Source: Tubiluchus corallicola
Lineage: Eukaryota > Animalia > Priapulida
Direction: 5' to 3'
NCBI GenBank assembly: GCA_030141605.1
Contig: JAQGDQ010000213.1
Location: 248,001-312,000, forward strand
DNA: 64,000 nucleotides
Shown here one piece after another: positions 13,801 to 28,800 of this stretch. The notes under the pieces are model-generated. The model was not told the DNA's origin and ran no database searches. It worked only from the letters and a program-made list of their open reading frames with translations. Within the stretch, counting starts at the first letter, position 1. Each line of letters opens with the position of its first letter. The position numbers were made by a program, and so were the translations under genes.

Positions 13801-16800
13801 TTCTGTCACTGCTGTTACATCAGAGCTCCACTTTCACGAACCTGTTTAAGATACTGGTTGTCTCTCATGGTTTATTCATATCATGCTGGTTGCTTGGACA
13901 CGAACTAGGACTTTGGTGCTGTGCACCCAGCAGTACTGTCTGACCGTCGTACCATGTCTGGTTGCCTGGATACAAACTAGGACTTTGGTGCTGTGCATCC
14001 ACTCCCAGTAATAATTGTCTGACTAATGTTAGACCTGCAATTTTATAGCTGTAATCATAAAAAACAACTTTTAAATGGTTCCTCGTTGTTTGTGAAACTA
14101 GTCTAATTCTCATAAGAAATGAATATATATGCATTTCAAATTATTTGCTTTGGAAGAGTTAGTTTTGATAGCTTTCTAACAATAGAAGCACAAGTATATA
14201 GCCAGTCGCCATGATTTTGTGATTATACTGATTTGGTCTGGCTAGATCAGTAATCTCCTACTGGGCCAGACTGGGTGTTTGAACGTGCCGAGTTGAATGC
14301 ACTTGCGTAGAGGCATTCTACAGCAGTCACCACGCAATGACTCACGACTGCCTTAGCATAAAGGAAATAGTATGACTCATCCAGTAAACATTTATCACTC
14401 TACCACGTATGGAATTATTATTATTAGGAAGGTTGTGTAAACGTCTGTACCCGTGTGACATAACCATTCGAATTAATGTCCTGTCAGTTGACACCCGGTG
14501 GGACAATCAGGTTGAGTAATCTGGCTCTCCAGATCAATAATACGCGTGCTTAACAGCTATTCACTGATGCTATTATTACACAAATGTACTTGGCAGATAC
14601 TAGATAATAGGGTCTGTGCAATCTTCCACCCAATATAATCTGAGACATGTGTTGTGACTTGCGACGTACAGTTCGTCAGCCCGAATGTAAACAATATTAG
14701 GCTTGGGTGTAACATTAAATCTAGCACTGTATTTCACAATTTAGAACTCTTATATTAGACCCAAAGGATCTTTAACGCGTTATAATTTTATTTTGCTTGA
14801 AGTGTCCATTTCAGATATTGTAATTGAGCTACTTCCAATTCTTAAAATTTAGCTTCTCATTGAGCTTCTTTGTATCAGTTATGATCAGAACTCGCTCTAC
14901 ACATTTATCTGGGAAGGAGGGTATTTGAACCAGTTTCTTATCTCTGACTCTCCTAGGTTCTCTAACACCCTTGGGGGTGTGTTCAATTCACTCTTTTGAA
15001 GGGAGTTATCGACATGGTTTTGGAGACAATACTAGGATCACTTTCTAATGACACTTGTTATGCATAGAGCCACTTACTTTTGAGGAAAATGTCCAATTTA
15101 AGGTAGTTTGTCTTCAGTTTTTACGAATTTAGGTGCCGCCTTGGCCTCCGCGTCCCAGTTTGCCGTCTGTCCTTCATATACGTCAAATTTTCCCGTATGC
15201 AGAGTTCAGCCAGTTGTGTCATATGGCCTATTTAATAATGCACATATGCATTAACCGGTGGTCCCCTATCCATCCTCTGACAGGTCGTCCTTTAATCACT
15301 TAAAATATGTCAGGTGGTCTTTTATCCATAGTGGGCATTTGACCTTAGTCCTTTGACTTGTGATCCCTTGTCTGGTAGCCTTTTGACCGCCACCATTTCA
15401 TATACATGTATGTGCATTGTCTTCAGTCTAATTTCAGTCTTCAGTCTATACAATTGCTTTTATTTTTTATGTAATTGTATGTATTTATCTATGTGTGACA
15501 CTAATATTTGATGGTTTAATTATTGATGTATTGAGCCTGAAAATAGAGGCGTAATAAAATATTTATCATCATCATCATGTCTAATTTGTCGCCTGTGATG
15601 TAAATTTCAGCGGTTAAAAACGTTAGTGTTTGGCTGTCATCCCTCGGTCATCGCAGTATATGTAATTCTGTTCTATAATTGAAAAAAAATCTGGCTGCTG
15701 TTGCGTTATGTTTATATAATATATAATTATAAGTTCCATATACCTAAGCCAGGACATTGTTGAAATTGCTTTTCTAGTGTTAACCTTACGGACGCCTGCT
15801 GCACTACGATTCTTGAAAAAAATCCCTGTTATATACTAGTATAAGAGCTAAATTCCTATCATGACCTTGTTCATATTTTGTGACCTAGAGATATCTTCTG
15901 AGAACTCTGCCAATACAGTCCACCCTAATGACATACGGCCTGTGTCTTTTTTCTGAAGCGCGGAGCTTTAACGACGACCTAGAAGCAAGCATTTGGTTCG
16001 TTGAAAAACTAGTAAGAGATTAGCGAGCGCAGTGTCATCTCCACATGTTTTTAAAACGTATGCTCTTAACTGCGAATTTGATTTCGATTGGTTGGCTCTG
16101 GATATTCCATATTAATTTTAGAGTGGTTGTGTGCGTGCTTATGTATTATAGGTTTTACATAATACCCACCCACCCAGTATCTTCTATATGCTCGCAATAT
16201 TCCATGCTTACCTGTAATTATTGTGTGTAGTACTTAGACATCCTGTGGATCAAAGTTCTGGATATGTAAGTATTTTAAAGTTGTTGTTAATTGATCCGGC
16301 GACTAATTTTTACATAAACATAGTTAAACAAAAAATGTAGTCAGTTAGAATAGCGGAATTTCTGAATGAACTACAGACGTTTTATTACGTGTGTCTTCGT
16401 GGTGTCCACCAGGTTACGTCGTTTTTTTCAAACACCCCCGCAGCGAGGTTCGTTTAGCGGGAGATGGGAATGGTTTAAATTTCTTTTGTATGTTTATGCT
16501 CGTATATTACGTGGTCATTTCAAGATTTTTAAGTGTGTATTAAAATACAATAAATGTTGTTCGATGATTAGTTTTTCCTTCAAACATTTCCTAATGACAA
16601 CAAATGACTTGTGATTTTCTTATTTTTAAAGTTCCGAAACTCGCGCAGCTACATGTTAATCATGCAATGATTCACATGTAGTAATTTGAATAAATATCAA
16701 ACCTATGAAAAGCCAGCGAACACCATCCTTTTCAAAAATTTTCGAATTAATTTTATTACAAAAATGCTCATATCTATGTTCATGTTAAAAAAAACAGAAA

Positions 16801-19800
16801 ACTCTATCCTCAAGTCTATTTAATAAAAACAATCTTTTGTCTGTTAGTCTTGTACACAGCTTACAAATAGTGGTCCTTTGACTGGTGGGCCTCTGTCCAC
16901 CCCCTAACAGTAACAGGTTGTCTTTTGACCATTTTAAAGTATTGAAGCTGGCCATTTGACAGGTAGTCTTTTGTCTGGTGCTCCTTTGACGCCCCCTCCC
17001 CACCTCACCATAGTGATAGACAATAAAATAATCGTCTTGTTAAATATTGCTAACATGCCCAAAATTGTTTTTGAACGGTTTACCCAAGGAGACATTCCTT
17101 TAGAATTAGCCATATCTCTGGGAGCTAAACATCTTCATTCAGAAGAGAACGTGAGAAATTCGCGTTTAGTAGTTTACAATGTTCAACGATCGTCATAACG
17201 CGAGCGTTGTTGTGAAAGTCAATATTGCAATGGCAGTCTGATGTGTAATCGTTTTATACGTATGTAACTGCCTGGTGTACTGTACGACATTTTATTGTTC
17301 ATTTGAGGGTTGTTAACATTGTATAAACAACTTGTTTTATTATGCTCAGCTTTCATGCTTACCATGGCGCTAGATAATAAATTCAGCATCTAGGTTATTT
17401 AGTATGTTTCATGTGGTAAATTAAATTGCATTACTAGGTTTTTTTCTTAAACCTTTTTCAGTTTTTTTTTCTGAAGATTTAAAGTAAAGCTTAGAAATTT
17501 TGCATTTCTTATTCGAAAGAGTGTCAGCTATGCCAAAAGAATGTAACAAAGTCCATAGGTCAGATATTAACCTTATTTATTTATTTTTATTTAGACTGTA
17601 CGTCATGGATTTCCTTCCAAGCCCAGTGCCGTGGCTTACGATCCTGAGCTCAACATTTTGGCTATCGGAACCAAATCAGGACAGATCAGAATGTATCCTT
17701 TCGTAAATAAAATATTTTATCATAATAAGTTCTAATGCTTATTATGTACAGTTTTAACAATTTTTGCACAAAAAAATGCACTGGATGAAGTGGACGAAAT
17801 TTGACATTACAAATGCACATCAAGCACATTTATCAGATTAGTTAACATAGAAGCCAAGCATCAAGAAAATCGCAGTTTCAGTGGCTGGCCAGAAATGGCT
17901 AAATGCTTGTTTAAATTAATAAAAAAATTAAGCAAATTTCACAAAAAATTGCGAACGCTGGCAACATTCCAAGGTACTTCGCAAACTGGCGTAATAGTAA
18001 GAAACATCTTATTAGAAATAAACAGTTTATTAGCATACTTTTGATTTTTATTGAGTAAAACTGTGGAAATGAATTTTTGGTTTAGTATGAAACAGTGGCA
18101 AATGTGAATACATGTTCAAGCTCGTTATTCGTATTATAACATTACTGTACGTTCTGTAACGTCCGTAGAACTTACCTCAATGGTAGTGGAAGTTACAGTG
18201 CACTTCGGTCTGTTTTTCTTGGCACTTGCAGTTCTTTGCTAAAGTTTGCTTCTATTTAGATGTGCGCGCTTTTATCTTGTAAGTGGGCTGTACAGGCTTA
18301 CACATACTGACCAAGCATAATACGTGTATTTGCTCACGTTGGTAAATACACGTCGATTTGGGTAAATAAGTACCGATTATCAATTCTTTTGCCAGGAACC
18401 TATTTCTTGACGAGCCGCATACAGTCTGTTTTACAAAGGAAGTTGTTAAATCACCATCCATCGGTAGAGGTCCCCTGGGTAGGGCACTTGAACCTACTGA
18501 TTTTCTAACCCATAACTACTGAGTGAACACATCAGTTGAGGAATTGCGATATTAATTGATACATAGTGGTAGAGTCGATATGTGGGACCGGTAAAAGATT
18601 AGTGCTCACGGCACTATCTAGCTTCCGGCGAAGACTGTGACCTATATTTCTGATATAGCTTTCACATTCCTAACTTTTGCAATTAGGGGCTGACGGTGTA
18701 AGAGGTGCGATAGTGAAACTATTTGACATTAGGCGAGGGTCTCTTGAGTAACCGCCCGTCTTGTCTTTACCTCCATGTCCAAAATGTAAATGCACTGCTT
18801 GCTCCATTTCAGCTAAGTACTGTAAAGCCAGTTCCATTGATCGCTTCAACCTCTTTAATTCTAATTACATGTAATAGATTAAATGTCGTGGTTTCGTAAA
18901 ATTTTCGGAAAGGCTATTTATAATCTGTTTTAAAGTGCTTTTTCATATGCAACATCAACTGCTTTGCGTGTCATAGTTTTCGTCTGGCTCAACTCTTCGC
19001 GTGCTCTAATATTTTCTAACTAATAAAATGGGTGGCTTCTCAGAATATATCATTCTAGTACACGAGTCTGCTGTATCAGTATCCAGACAGTACGGTGCTC
19101 GCTGCAAGTCATCCAGGGTTTCTCGGTATAACGTATTGATTGCCGTGTTTTCTTCTGCAGCAGTTTTAGGGCCTGTCTGTCGATATAAATTAGGCAGCCT
19201 GCTGCTAGTGCTTTTTCTTCCCGTGACATAAAACCGATACCTTTCTCCATAAATTCTCGGTAAAAGTTCTAGTGGTCGAATGATGGTATTCGCATGCATG
19301 GCAGAGGACTGAAGGGCGTTGGCGAGCTGGCCAGGGAGTTTGGCTTCATAGAATAGGGTTAACACTGTTATCGTAATAATGGATTTTGCCTTATTGTGGG
19401 AATAGTAACGCAAACATTCTGTACCTCTAGTTTTTACACTTTAATCCTGAAATTCATTATCACGTCTTGGTCTGCTTTTGCAAACTTTAAAACCATAAAA
19501 AGGTCCTAAATTCATCTTGTCAATTTAGTATGCTACGGGACTGCTAGCAATTAAGTTTGAGAAAGTGACACACATCTAGTTGGCATCACGTAGGTGCAAT
19601 AGCTACATGTTTAGAAACTACTACTGTTTTCTACTACTGTATGGATGACAGGCAGTGATCTGTAGGAGGATTTAGTTCCTTGCTGTTATCATGGCACACA
19701 GCGTTGCTGGGTCTGCCGACCTATGAACAAGATTCAGAGCCGCTGATATCACTATGCCACACCACGATACCCATTCAAGTAATTCACTTTATTCTAGCAA

Positions 19801-22800
19801 CTTTAGTTGATTCACTCAAACATATATAATTACAATTCAGCAATGTGCAAATTTATAACAGTTGTCTAGAAAGTATATGGTACAGTAGCATAAAAAAGTA
19901 ATTCATTTTAAGCACATTCCAGTTTGCTTTGCCAGTTGGTCAAGTTAGTTGTTTTACATATTACGTTTCTCTGATTAAGCATGAGTTTTTTATATACTCA
20001 CATTTGTCTGATTAATTCATATGCTTGGGATTTGCCTGCGAAATAAATTAGAAATTAATTAAAAACAAAAAAAATCATTTGTAAGTGACAGTTTAATGAG
20101 GCAGTCTTGTGTTATTGTTTCTAATTCTATATGTTTTCGTGCACGATATTAATAAGAATTAAACACAATACAGCCTTTGTCATTGTGGTCATGTTAGTTT
20201 ATACTGTTCATTTTGGTTACTGTGCTGTACCCTTTTTTGATCATTTGATGTCATGCAAGCATGCGACCGATCCAGAATTTCACAGCCTCCTAACTTTCTT
20301 GTGTTTCTTTACTTTTCATAAGAAAGAATAGTTCCTCAACTGGATAGCAAGGCATAAACGCTTCAGATCCCGCGTCATGCTTTGTGAGTGAGTCTTAGTA
20401 GTTTATTTTCCATTTACCTGCTGCTCCTCACTCTTTCCAACGTTTAACGTATTTTGAATTTGAAAGGCAAATGCCCATTAAAGCTGTTTACTATAAATAA
20501 ACCAACTTTACTCGCTTAGTACAAGGTTTGCCAAAGTTTATATTCTAAACAGTGCACGTAATGTTAATTCAGCATTAGAAATTGTTAGGAACCTTGGACT
20601 TGGTCCAATAACAATGTACCTGAGCAAATACAGGTATAGCCAACAATAACCAACCTACAATAGACAACGTTTCTCCAGAGAGGGAGAGAGAGGCCCAGAC
20701 TATTGATTGACCAAGGCTACTGAACTCGAGAAGTGCTTCAGTTCAGAGAAGTAATGGATTGTTGTAGACGGCCGGCTTGCATGTTTTTAATGCCGGACGT
20801 AACTACTTGATAAACTGGTTAAATTGCAAGTTGCGAGTGAATGCTTCTGTGGATATTATTGTGTGGCGCTTCTTTCCAGCATAATATAGTAATAGAAAAC
20901 AACGACAATTACATTTTTATAGCTTCAACAGCACTTTAATTTCTCGTTGTGGAATTTCAAATTGGTTTTGGGCAAACTTGTTTAGTTTGCACGTTAGTTT
21001 GCTTAGTTAGTTAGTACTATTTAATTGTAGTTATCGATTTTTTAACCTAGTTGTACTCTATTCTACTGTAGCTTCACTGTACAGCTTATAGCAAGGCGTT
21101 TAAAACTATTAGAATTTTCTAATACCAGCCTTCTAATGTAGATGTTTTTGGTCATTCTACCGAAACATAAAACCTTTGCAAGACAAAATTGCGCTGCTCT
21201 TGTTTAAATAATTGGCTGATGAAGTCATATGTATGATGAGCAAAACATATGAAGTCACAGTAGCATTAAATTTTTAGTCTTTTATAAGTTTTATTTCTAA
21301 GCATTGCGAAATGTGAGTTTTGTATTTGAGGCATGGTTAATCCCATTTTGTTTTGCGTCAGTTCCCATCTCCAATACTAAATTCGGCACGTAACGCTAGT
21401 GTTGTTTAGCTGTGTCGCACATCATCCACTTCAACGGCCAACGTGGCAGGCGTTCATGTCTGTTTGAGTTACCCTTTGTCGCTTTGAGCAGTCCTTTAGA
21501 GTGGCTTATAATTAAATTGTCTGTAATTACGGCGTATCCCATAATCTTTTTCACCAATACAGCTGTATGATAATGAACTTCTCTGTGTAGCCAAATGTTA
21601 AAAACGCTCAACATTCGCTGAAAAGCCCGCGCGTTTAAATCGATCTCGCGACACTCGCACAATATTTACGTTTCCATGTGTTCTGTTCAATGCTTTGCAC
21701 TTTTCGGTAATATATTATTTTGGCGTCCATGTCAGTTATTCATAATCTTTGTGTACACATGATTCTGACACACGCTACTTGAGGCATTTGTGTAATCCGC
21801 GCTAGGAAAATGGTTGCTACTCAAACTAATTTTCTACAGCAATTTTAACATCAGTCACTTTTTTCACTAGCACAGGCCACAGTAATAAGCTGAAGAATCA
21901 ATCAATCGAACATAAATAACTGTGCTAGTGTTGTTTCTTAAACTTCTTTATATTTTTTTAGAAAGTGAACTCTTATTTTAATATTATCAAATTAAAATAT
22001 ATAATTTATGCCATCTGCTTGCACTATACCAGAGATTTTATTTTCTGCTACGCTTAATCGAGATGGAAGAGTATACACAAAAACGTGTCCTGCGCATAGT
22101 GTGGCGCCGCCCTGCAGCCACTATAGGTAGCTAGGTTTACACACGTATGACGTAACATTTAAAAAGGTACTTTTAGCCATTTAAACCTGCGATAAAAATT
22201 ATCACAAATACTTTTCCAGTATGTAGAAGCTCTAGAAATAAATACTGATGCAGTGATTATAAGAGAAAATCGTCATACCATTTTCATCATTCATGTCTTA
22301 CAGTACCGAGCTTTAAATTAGGACGTTATATTAGGCCAGTTATACCCAATTACACTATGAAACTTGCGTACGGTCACTCAACAGAAATCTTTGCACTTAT
22401 AAAATGTAATTTATGCAGTTGCTTTTGATCCGTGAGCACTAGCATCATGGATCTAGGAAAACCCATACCGTAGGAGAACTGATTTTTCATCATCTCATTA
22501 TGCATCCAGTTTGCCACATTTAATTCATTTTAACTCGCAAACGCAGAGTACTAGAGTCAGGAAACTTGCAGGGTAGATACTGTACCTGGGGTAGTGAGTA
22601 ACATACAGACATTTTGATGCCTGTATGTTACAGATACAAACACATTAATGCACAAAATATTTATTTATAAAATCCATTAATATTTAAAATAATCATTTTT
22701 ACTACTTAAAATAATTTATAAATTAAATGGCGGTTAACAAACACTTCATATGTTAGGTGGCGCATAAATTTTATGTGGACTACAACACATAAAAAGGTTA

Positions 22801-25800
22801 ATTTTTTTAGAAACATGCACTACAGGCATTGTTCTTGGTCTTGTTTATTTACGAATTACGACATTCCTACCATGCTCCCCCAAATGACCAAGCGGCACAG
22901 CACAATCAGGGCTTGGGACGCTTTTCATGTATATTGTTCCTTCTCCTGTGTAGTGGATAGCCTATTATATGTTCTCTGACTATACCTACTACAAGTCTAC
23001 AATATTATAAAGTAAGCATTAACATTAGTTTTTTCTTTCAAATTTCATTGTAATATAACACTGAAGTACCTTTAGATTTACCCACAAATGATCAGTGGCT
23101 ATCAGTAATGTACTCGAACATTCCTTGAAGTGACTTGTTTATGTAGAAACAAACTAGAAATAATGAATATCCCAACAATAATAGGTTAGGACATTATATA
23201 GAACCGTGCTCCAAAAGAAACAGTGCACAGACAAATGCTATTTAAGCGTCCATTGTAACATTGTGCAAAGTCCTATAAATATGGATATATCATCAAATTA
23301 TGGATGCACTTGCAGCAGTTATTATAGTCTAATCTCTTTGAATGACTTCATGTTCAACTTCATTTCTTTGTGATTTAATCATTTCAGCTTATTTCACCAT
23401 TTCAGCACATTTCTATTGCATTGTTTCTTTTGGAACACCCTGTATTAAAATTTTCAGCAGTGTGTTAGACTAATTCTTTTTTGTTCAGTGGGGACACAAG
23501 TAGAAGATTTACTACCTTTGTCATAGACATATAATTTTGTAATTGTCAATATTTCAGAACCTTCTAGGAATGTTTAAGACTGTTTAGTTCCTTGATTAAC
23601 ATTATAACAGATATGGAGCTCCTGGTGTAGAATTTTACGGTCAGAGCGAGTCGTCTGTCTGTGTCACTAAACTGCTTTTCTTACCAAACCAGGTACGTCT
23701 GCTTATTTCACATATGTAGGTAGCTGAAAGTTTATTTAGTGAAAAATCTAGTTGCTTAGTCCAGTACGCAACTCAGCAATCTGTCTGCTAGATTGTTTCA
23801 GTGCCTTCTCTTACAAAATATGTTTAGACTAACGCCACATGTTTTATGTTGTTTTAGTTTTAATTTCACTGTTTTTGCAGTTCACATGGCGACAGCACTC
23901 AGTTGTGTAAAATGTACAAAATTAAATTCCATTTTCAATTCCATATATAGTTGAGTATAAAAATATTATCTGATTGGATTTTATTATGTGTTTGAGTAAA
24001 TTGGTGTCAAGCAAGACATTTGTAATAACTAATAATGGTGGGACTTGATGTTCCATCTTGGATCTGATCTGCAGCATGACAAAAACTTTCTTTTTTATTG
24101 AATAAATTTAAGTAATGTACTGTATGTCAGTCTTGCTGAGTGTTTGGTGCTAAGAGATTGGAATTTTGTTTATGTGAATTAGCTGAATTTTAGAATCATC
24201 AAGTAAAGGTAGAGTGCCTTGAGTTCATTTTTTAAACATTCAGCCGTAACGTTCATTAGAAGGGTAAATGTATTTGCATTTAATTCGATAAGGTAAGTAT
24301 GACAACATAAATTGTATATACAGCACGTACGTTCTTTAGGGCCGTTTGATTTCCCTCCTGGAAGACAACACATTGCAGCTCTGGGAGTGGAATCTTGTTG
24401 CCGGGAAATCAGTCTTGGAAGTTGTGAATACATGTCGTATTGACGAGAAAAAGGAGGAAAAGAAAGAAGAAACTGAAACAAAGGAAGGGTAATGTATAAT
24501 TTTTAATTTTTATAAAAAAGCATTTATGGTCAAACATCAACTAGCAAGCAAACACTGAATCCTGAAAAACTAACATTCCTTTAAATACAGAATTCTTTTT
24601 GCAGGTAAACAATTCATACAATAACTTTATCATTACCTGTAATAACAAAAGTAGATGTTAAATGTTTATTGTTTAATTTTTATTCAATTCAAATTTTACA
24701 TAACCACTGCTGAGCAAACAGTGTTTTATCTCTTAAGTGTTGTCAATAAAGTTTTATGAGTTTCTTTACCTCATAATTTATTATAGTTTAATTTATTTGT
24801 TTCATATTTTTGTGTTTACTCGCATCGTAATGTTATAAACATATCTGTTTTGCCATGATGGTGATCTCATTCTCGTTGTTGCTCAATGGTGTAATAAGTT
24901 TTTAGTCCGTTTTTATGTTGTCACGTTACAATATTGTAACTTCAAATTCTAAATTTTTACGATAAAATGGATTCTCTGGCATTCTAAATAATATACATAG
25001 AAGTGAATTCCATAGCAACAATAAATGGCATTCTAGGCAACATAACCAGGTAGTTGTGCAGAAAATACTCGATAAGTGAGTAGCTCAAAATTTCGGCATT
25101 CCAGACTAGTTGGTGCAGTTCTCTGCTCGCCTTCTGAGTAAGGTGCAGCCTTAGTTGCAATTTAGCCGCAGCAGTCGATTATTCCCTTAATATGCCTGGT
25201 ATACCCAAATGTTGATTACTTTTTCATTTTATCCTTCCAGTTCTTTTAATATGCCCTTAACTGCAAATGATTCATTAATCTAATTCATGTTTTTTCTGCT
25301 TAATTTTAATTCAACTGTAGTATCATTTGCGTGCACTGTACCGAAGGTATTCTTTATTTAAATTCATAAACTTCACTTAATCGTAGAAAAATTTAGTAGA
25401 AAATCTCAGGCCATTTCTGTATGGATCTTTAAGTGTTTTCTGCACGTAATTTAAAGATGATAAATTCATCATCCTAAAATTAATTAGTCTAAAGGGCAGA
25501 AGAGTGTTGATGTGTGGCGGCATGTGTTTTATGAAGCATGTGCTCTTGTTATATTACGTTGGCAGAACTGAAGTGCTTTACTGCGCTATCGTATGACGCT
25601 TTAATAAATATTTGTTCAATCATTTTATACCGGCGTAATTTGTTGAACCTTGCAATTTTGCAGTAATGGTCGATGCCTAGGTTTTAATTTGTGGCTAAAT
25701 GTTATGCAATGATAGCCAGTAAACTTGTAGTTAGTTTGTTAGATACGGTCATTTTGTTTCTTCTTGGTTCTTTGCTAATAATTTATCAGCAAACTACAGT

Positions 25801-28800
25801 GCATCTTTCCTTCTCGACACAAATTACAATTGCATTAAAACACGGGAATACAAGGTTGGATCTTGCCGATCTGGCACACGTCCAACTCAAGTTGCCATTG
25901 TTATCTTACAATAAACAGCAGCGTTTATTGCTCTTTATTTTGCACTCATTGCGCCGGAAGGGCGTTGATTATTTCTAAAACACGTTCACATCGCCATTGC
26001 GTGTCATCATTACCGAGCTGTACATCTATTTTCACTAAGCTACTGCAGGTGTGTTTCCTAGCTATACAATAATCGTACCTGCCTATTTCTGCCTAGGAGA
26101 ATCAGATTGCTGGCGTCATACTTATTGATCGAGCTAGAGAGAGAGAGAGAGAAAGGGAACGAACTTCCTCGTAAATCTCAGACGATAAAACCCCTCGCCG
26201 AGTGCGCATGCGCGTGGATGACAGATCAAATCACCACCAGTGATTTCTGAAGTTTGCGCTGCAGAAGCCCGTCGGCTTAACGTTGGCTTCGTTTCGCTTT
26301 GACTCCTGGGAGTTGATTTTGTCAGAGCGTTTTGATTAACTCTTCTGTCGCAGCCGACCTTCGTATGTCATTCGTCTCCTTTAAATGATTTCCTAATAAA
26401 TGTCAATGAACCAGCTGTAAATTAATCAGTTACTGGTTAGCTTAGCCGTTGGCATTGCCCGCTACATTTAAATAAATGGGAACTTGATTTAAACGAAGTA
26501 GTTACTCTCTTATGCTACCGTTTCTGACAGGCTATCCAGAAAGCAAGTTCTCGAAGTAATTTGGTCATTAAATTTTTCAGGAGCGCCATTTGTATATGAA
26601 GTATTTTCATTCACCTAAGCGTCATTGTGTACAAATGTTACGAATTTAAGGCGCTTATCACGAAGCTTTGAATACTGTACATGCCTGTGTTAGGGTCCCT
26701 AGGGACTACTGTCCGCATGGTGTGTTGCACCTTTGCCACTTTTCTTCAATGTTATTGCTCTTTGATTTTTGGTTTCCTCTTTTGGTAATTCTGCCATTGT
26801 CCTTTTGAAGAACCTCTTTTTTCAGTTTTAAGAAATAGGACTGATTGGCTTCTAGTCACAACTAGTCATTAGCTTCAAATCTTCACTACAGTGTCAACTG
26901 AACGCCTCGTAAATCTTTGGATCAGGACGAACTTGTGCTGCATAGATACCAGCATTCCCTGGAATCTACTGGTTGTAGCCATTACACCACTGCGCCCGCG
27001 CACACAAAACGGATGCAGTTTTATTAAATATGGCATCTAGTTTTGTTGTAGAATCTATACTGCACATTATTATCCACACAGAATGTTTTATTTTACTTTA
27101 AAATTTTCAAGTCCATATTCCGTAATTAAAGCTATTCTGTTTTCAGTAAATCTGTAATCTACTCCATAACTCGATTACATTATTCGCGTTTTAATTCCCG
27201 GAATCAGTCTGAGTGAATCACGAATTCTTCACGCATGAGTAAGCTAATGATCAATATGACATTACGTGGCTGCTTTCACAATTTATTAACTAACTAGATG
27301 ATTGGTTATCAAAGGCAAGTTATTTTAACGCTGCGTCTGCAGTAATTTGAAAAATGCTATAAACCATATTATCCGTGATTCACGATTTTAGTTTTTTATC
27401 GTTCTTGCGTATCTTCGAATCTTAGTTAATTAAAATTGAAAATCTTTGCTTATCAGTCCTTACTCCTAACTAAATCCCGAACTTCACTCCCGCCGACTTG
27501 ATGCCGAACCCTGAAAACTCCCGATCTCGCGTCCCAAACCTGTCCCGAATACCACAACTGTAGTATCACGTACCAACGTTCAGCTGGATCGAAATTTTAA
27601 TTTTTTTTATAATGTGAGATTGAATTTATGTTTGCTTTTGCTGGCTACAATAGCCTTTTATAGGTTTGTTTTTTATGTTTTTTAATTTTTTTCTGAATTT
27701 ATTTATGAAAATTACCATGATTATCACTGCAAGAAATAAAATTTTAAAAAGTGTTTTTCAGTTACATGTACAATACTTCAGGTTAGATTTGTGTAAAGTT
27801 ATGAATGTGAAATTGACGTTGTAGCAGGTTTGTGCTGTACATCGCGTGATAATTTGCTATTTATTTGTTTATCTCGATGAGGCTTCTTTTTTATACCAGG
27901 AATACATGTCGGAATTTTGGAAGCTCATTAGCGCGCAGTCATAAAATATTCATAATCGTAAAATATTTGTTGCTGACTGAGCTTTAATAATATACAGTTC
28001 GTCTTATATATACACTGTCAATGTGCGAGCAAGAAATTCTAATGAATTTGCAGTTTGGTTATTTTAGAAACTAGAAAATGTTGTTGACATCATTCTTTGT
28101 ACATCGGCAGATTGTCAACAAATTGGTGTTACAAAGCCGCTGGGTTTACAGTTAGTATGACAAAAGTGTTGTAAATTAGAACTATAGAATCTGTATTAAG
28201 TTTTTTTGTTATACTGGATGAGGCCGAGAACCACCGATCATCAAAGAGCCCGTCTTAAGCTTGACGTCAAGCTTTCCTGTCTATGTTTACTACCCACATG
28301 ATGCACCATCCTTCAAATATAAAATCGTATTTGCTTGATTATTTTATTTATATAGGTCAATAGTTGACCATCTGTTTTTTTTTGTTAAAGAGCTTACCTG
28401 ATGTCACTAAAAGTGGAGATTCAGTGCATGCACGATTTATCTTTTCAATCTTATATTTTCGCTATTTAACTTTATTGTTAATATAGTATAAATTATAAGT
28501 CGAAATATCCAAGATCTACAAACGTACAGGACTGCAGGTTCCTCTAAAGTAGACAAGATCCCAGATTTTATTTCAAAATATTTCTTTTTGTAAAAAAAGT
28601 GTTTGCATGTATTAGTAAGCTTACTGCTTGTTCTAGTAAGCTTACTGCATGATGCCAATGACTAGTTTCTTATCAACAGCTTTGAACGCTTCCTCCTTGC
28701 GCATTTCTTTCACTGATTCATAATGGCCTTTTAAAAGTCGATTTGATGGCGCTCTCTGACGGTCTTGGAAAATCAATTTGCGAAGTGAGATTTACCCTAA

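Noticed and set aside
13147-14008. Short direct repeats as a CRISPR-like array
   Set aside because: Only two copies each, no regular spacers, no cas genes, and a eukaryotic intron context.
22095-22135. Helitron 3' hairpin plus CTAG
   Set aside because: The hairpin is imperfect, CTAG is not followed by T, and no matching 5' end was identified.
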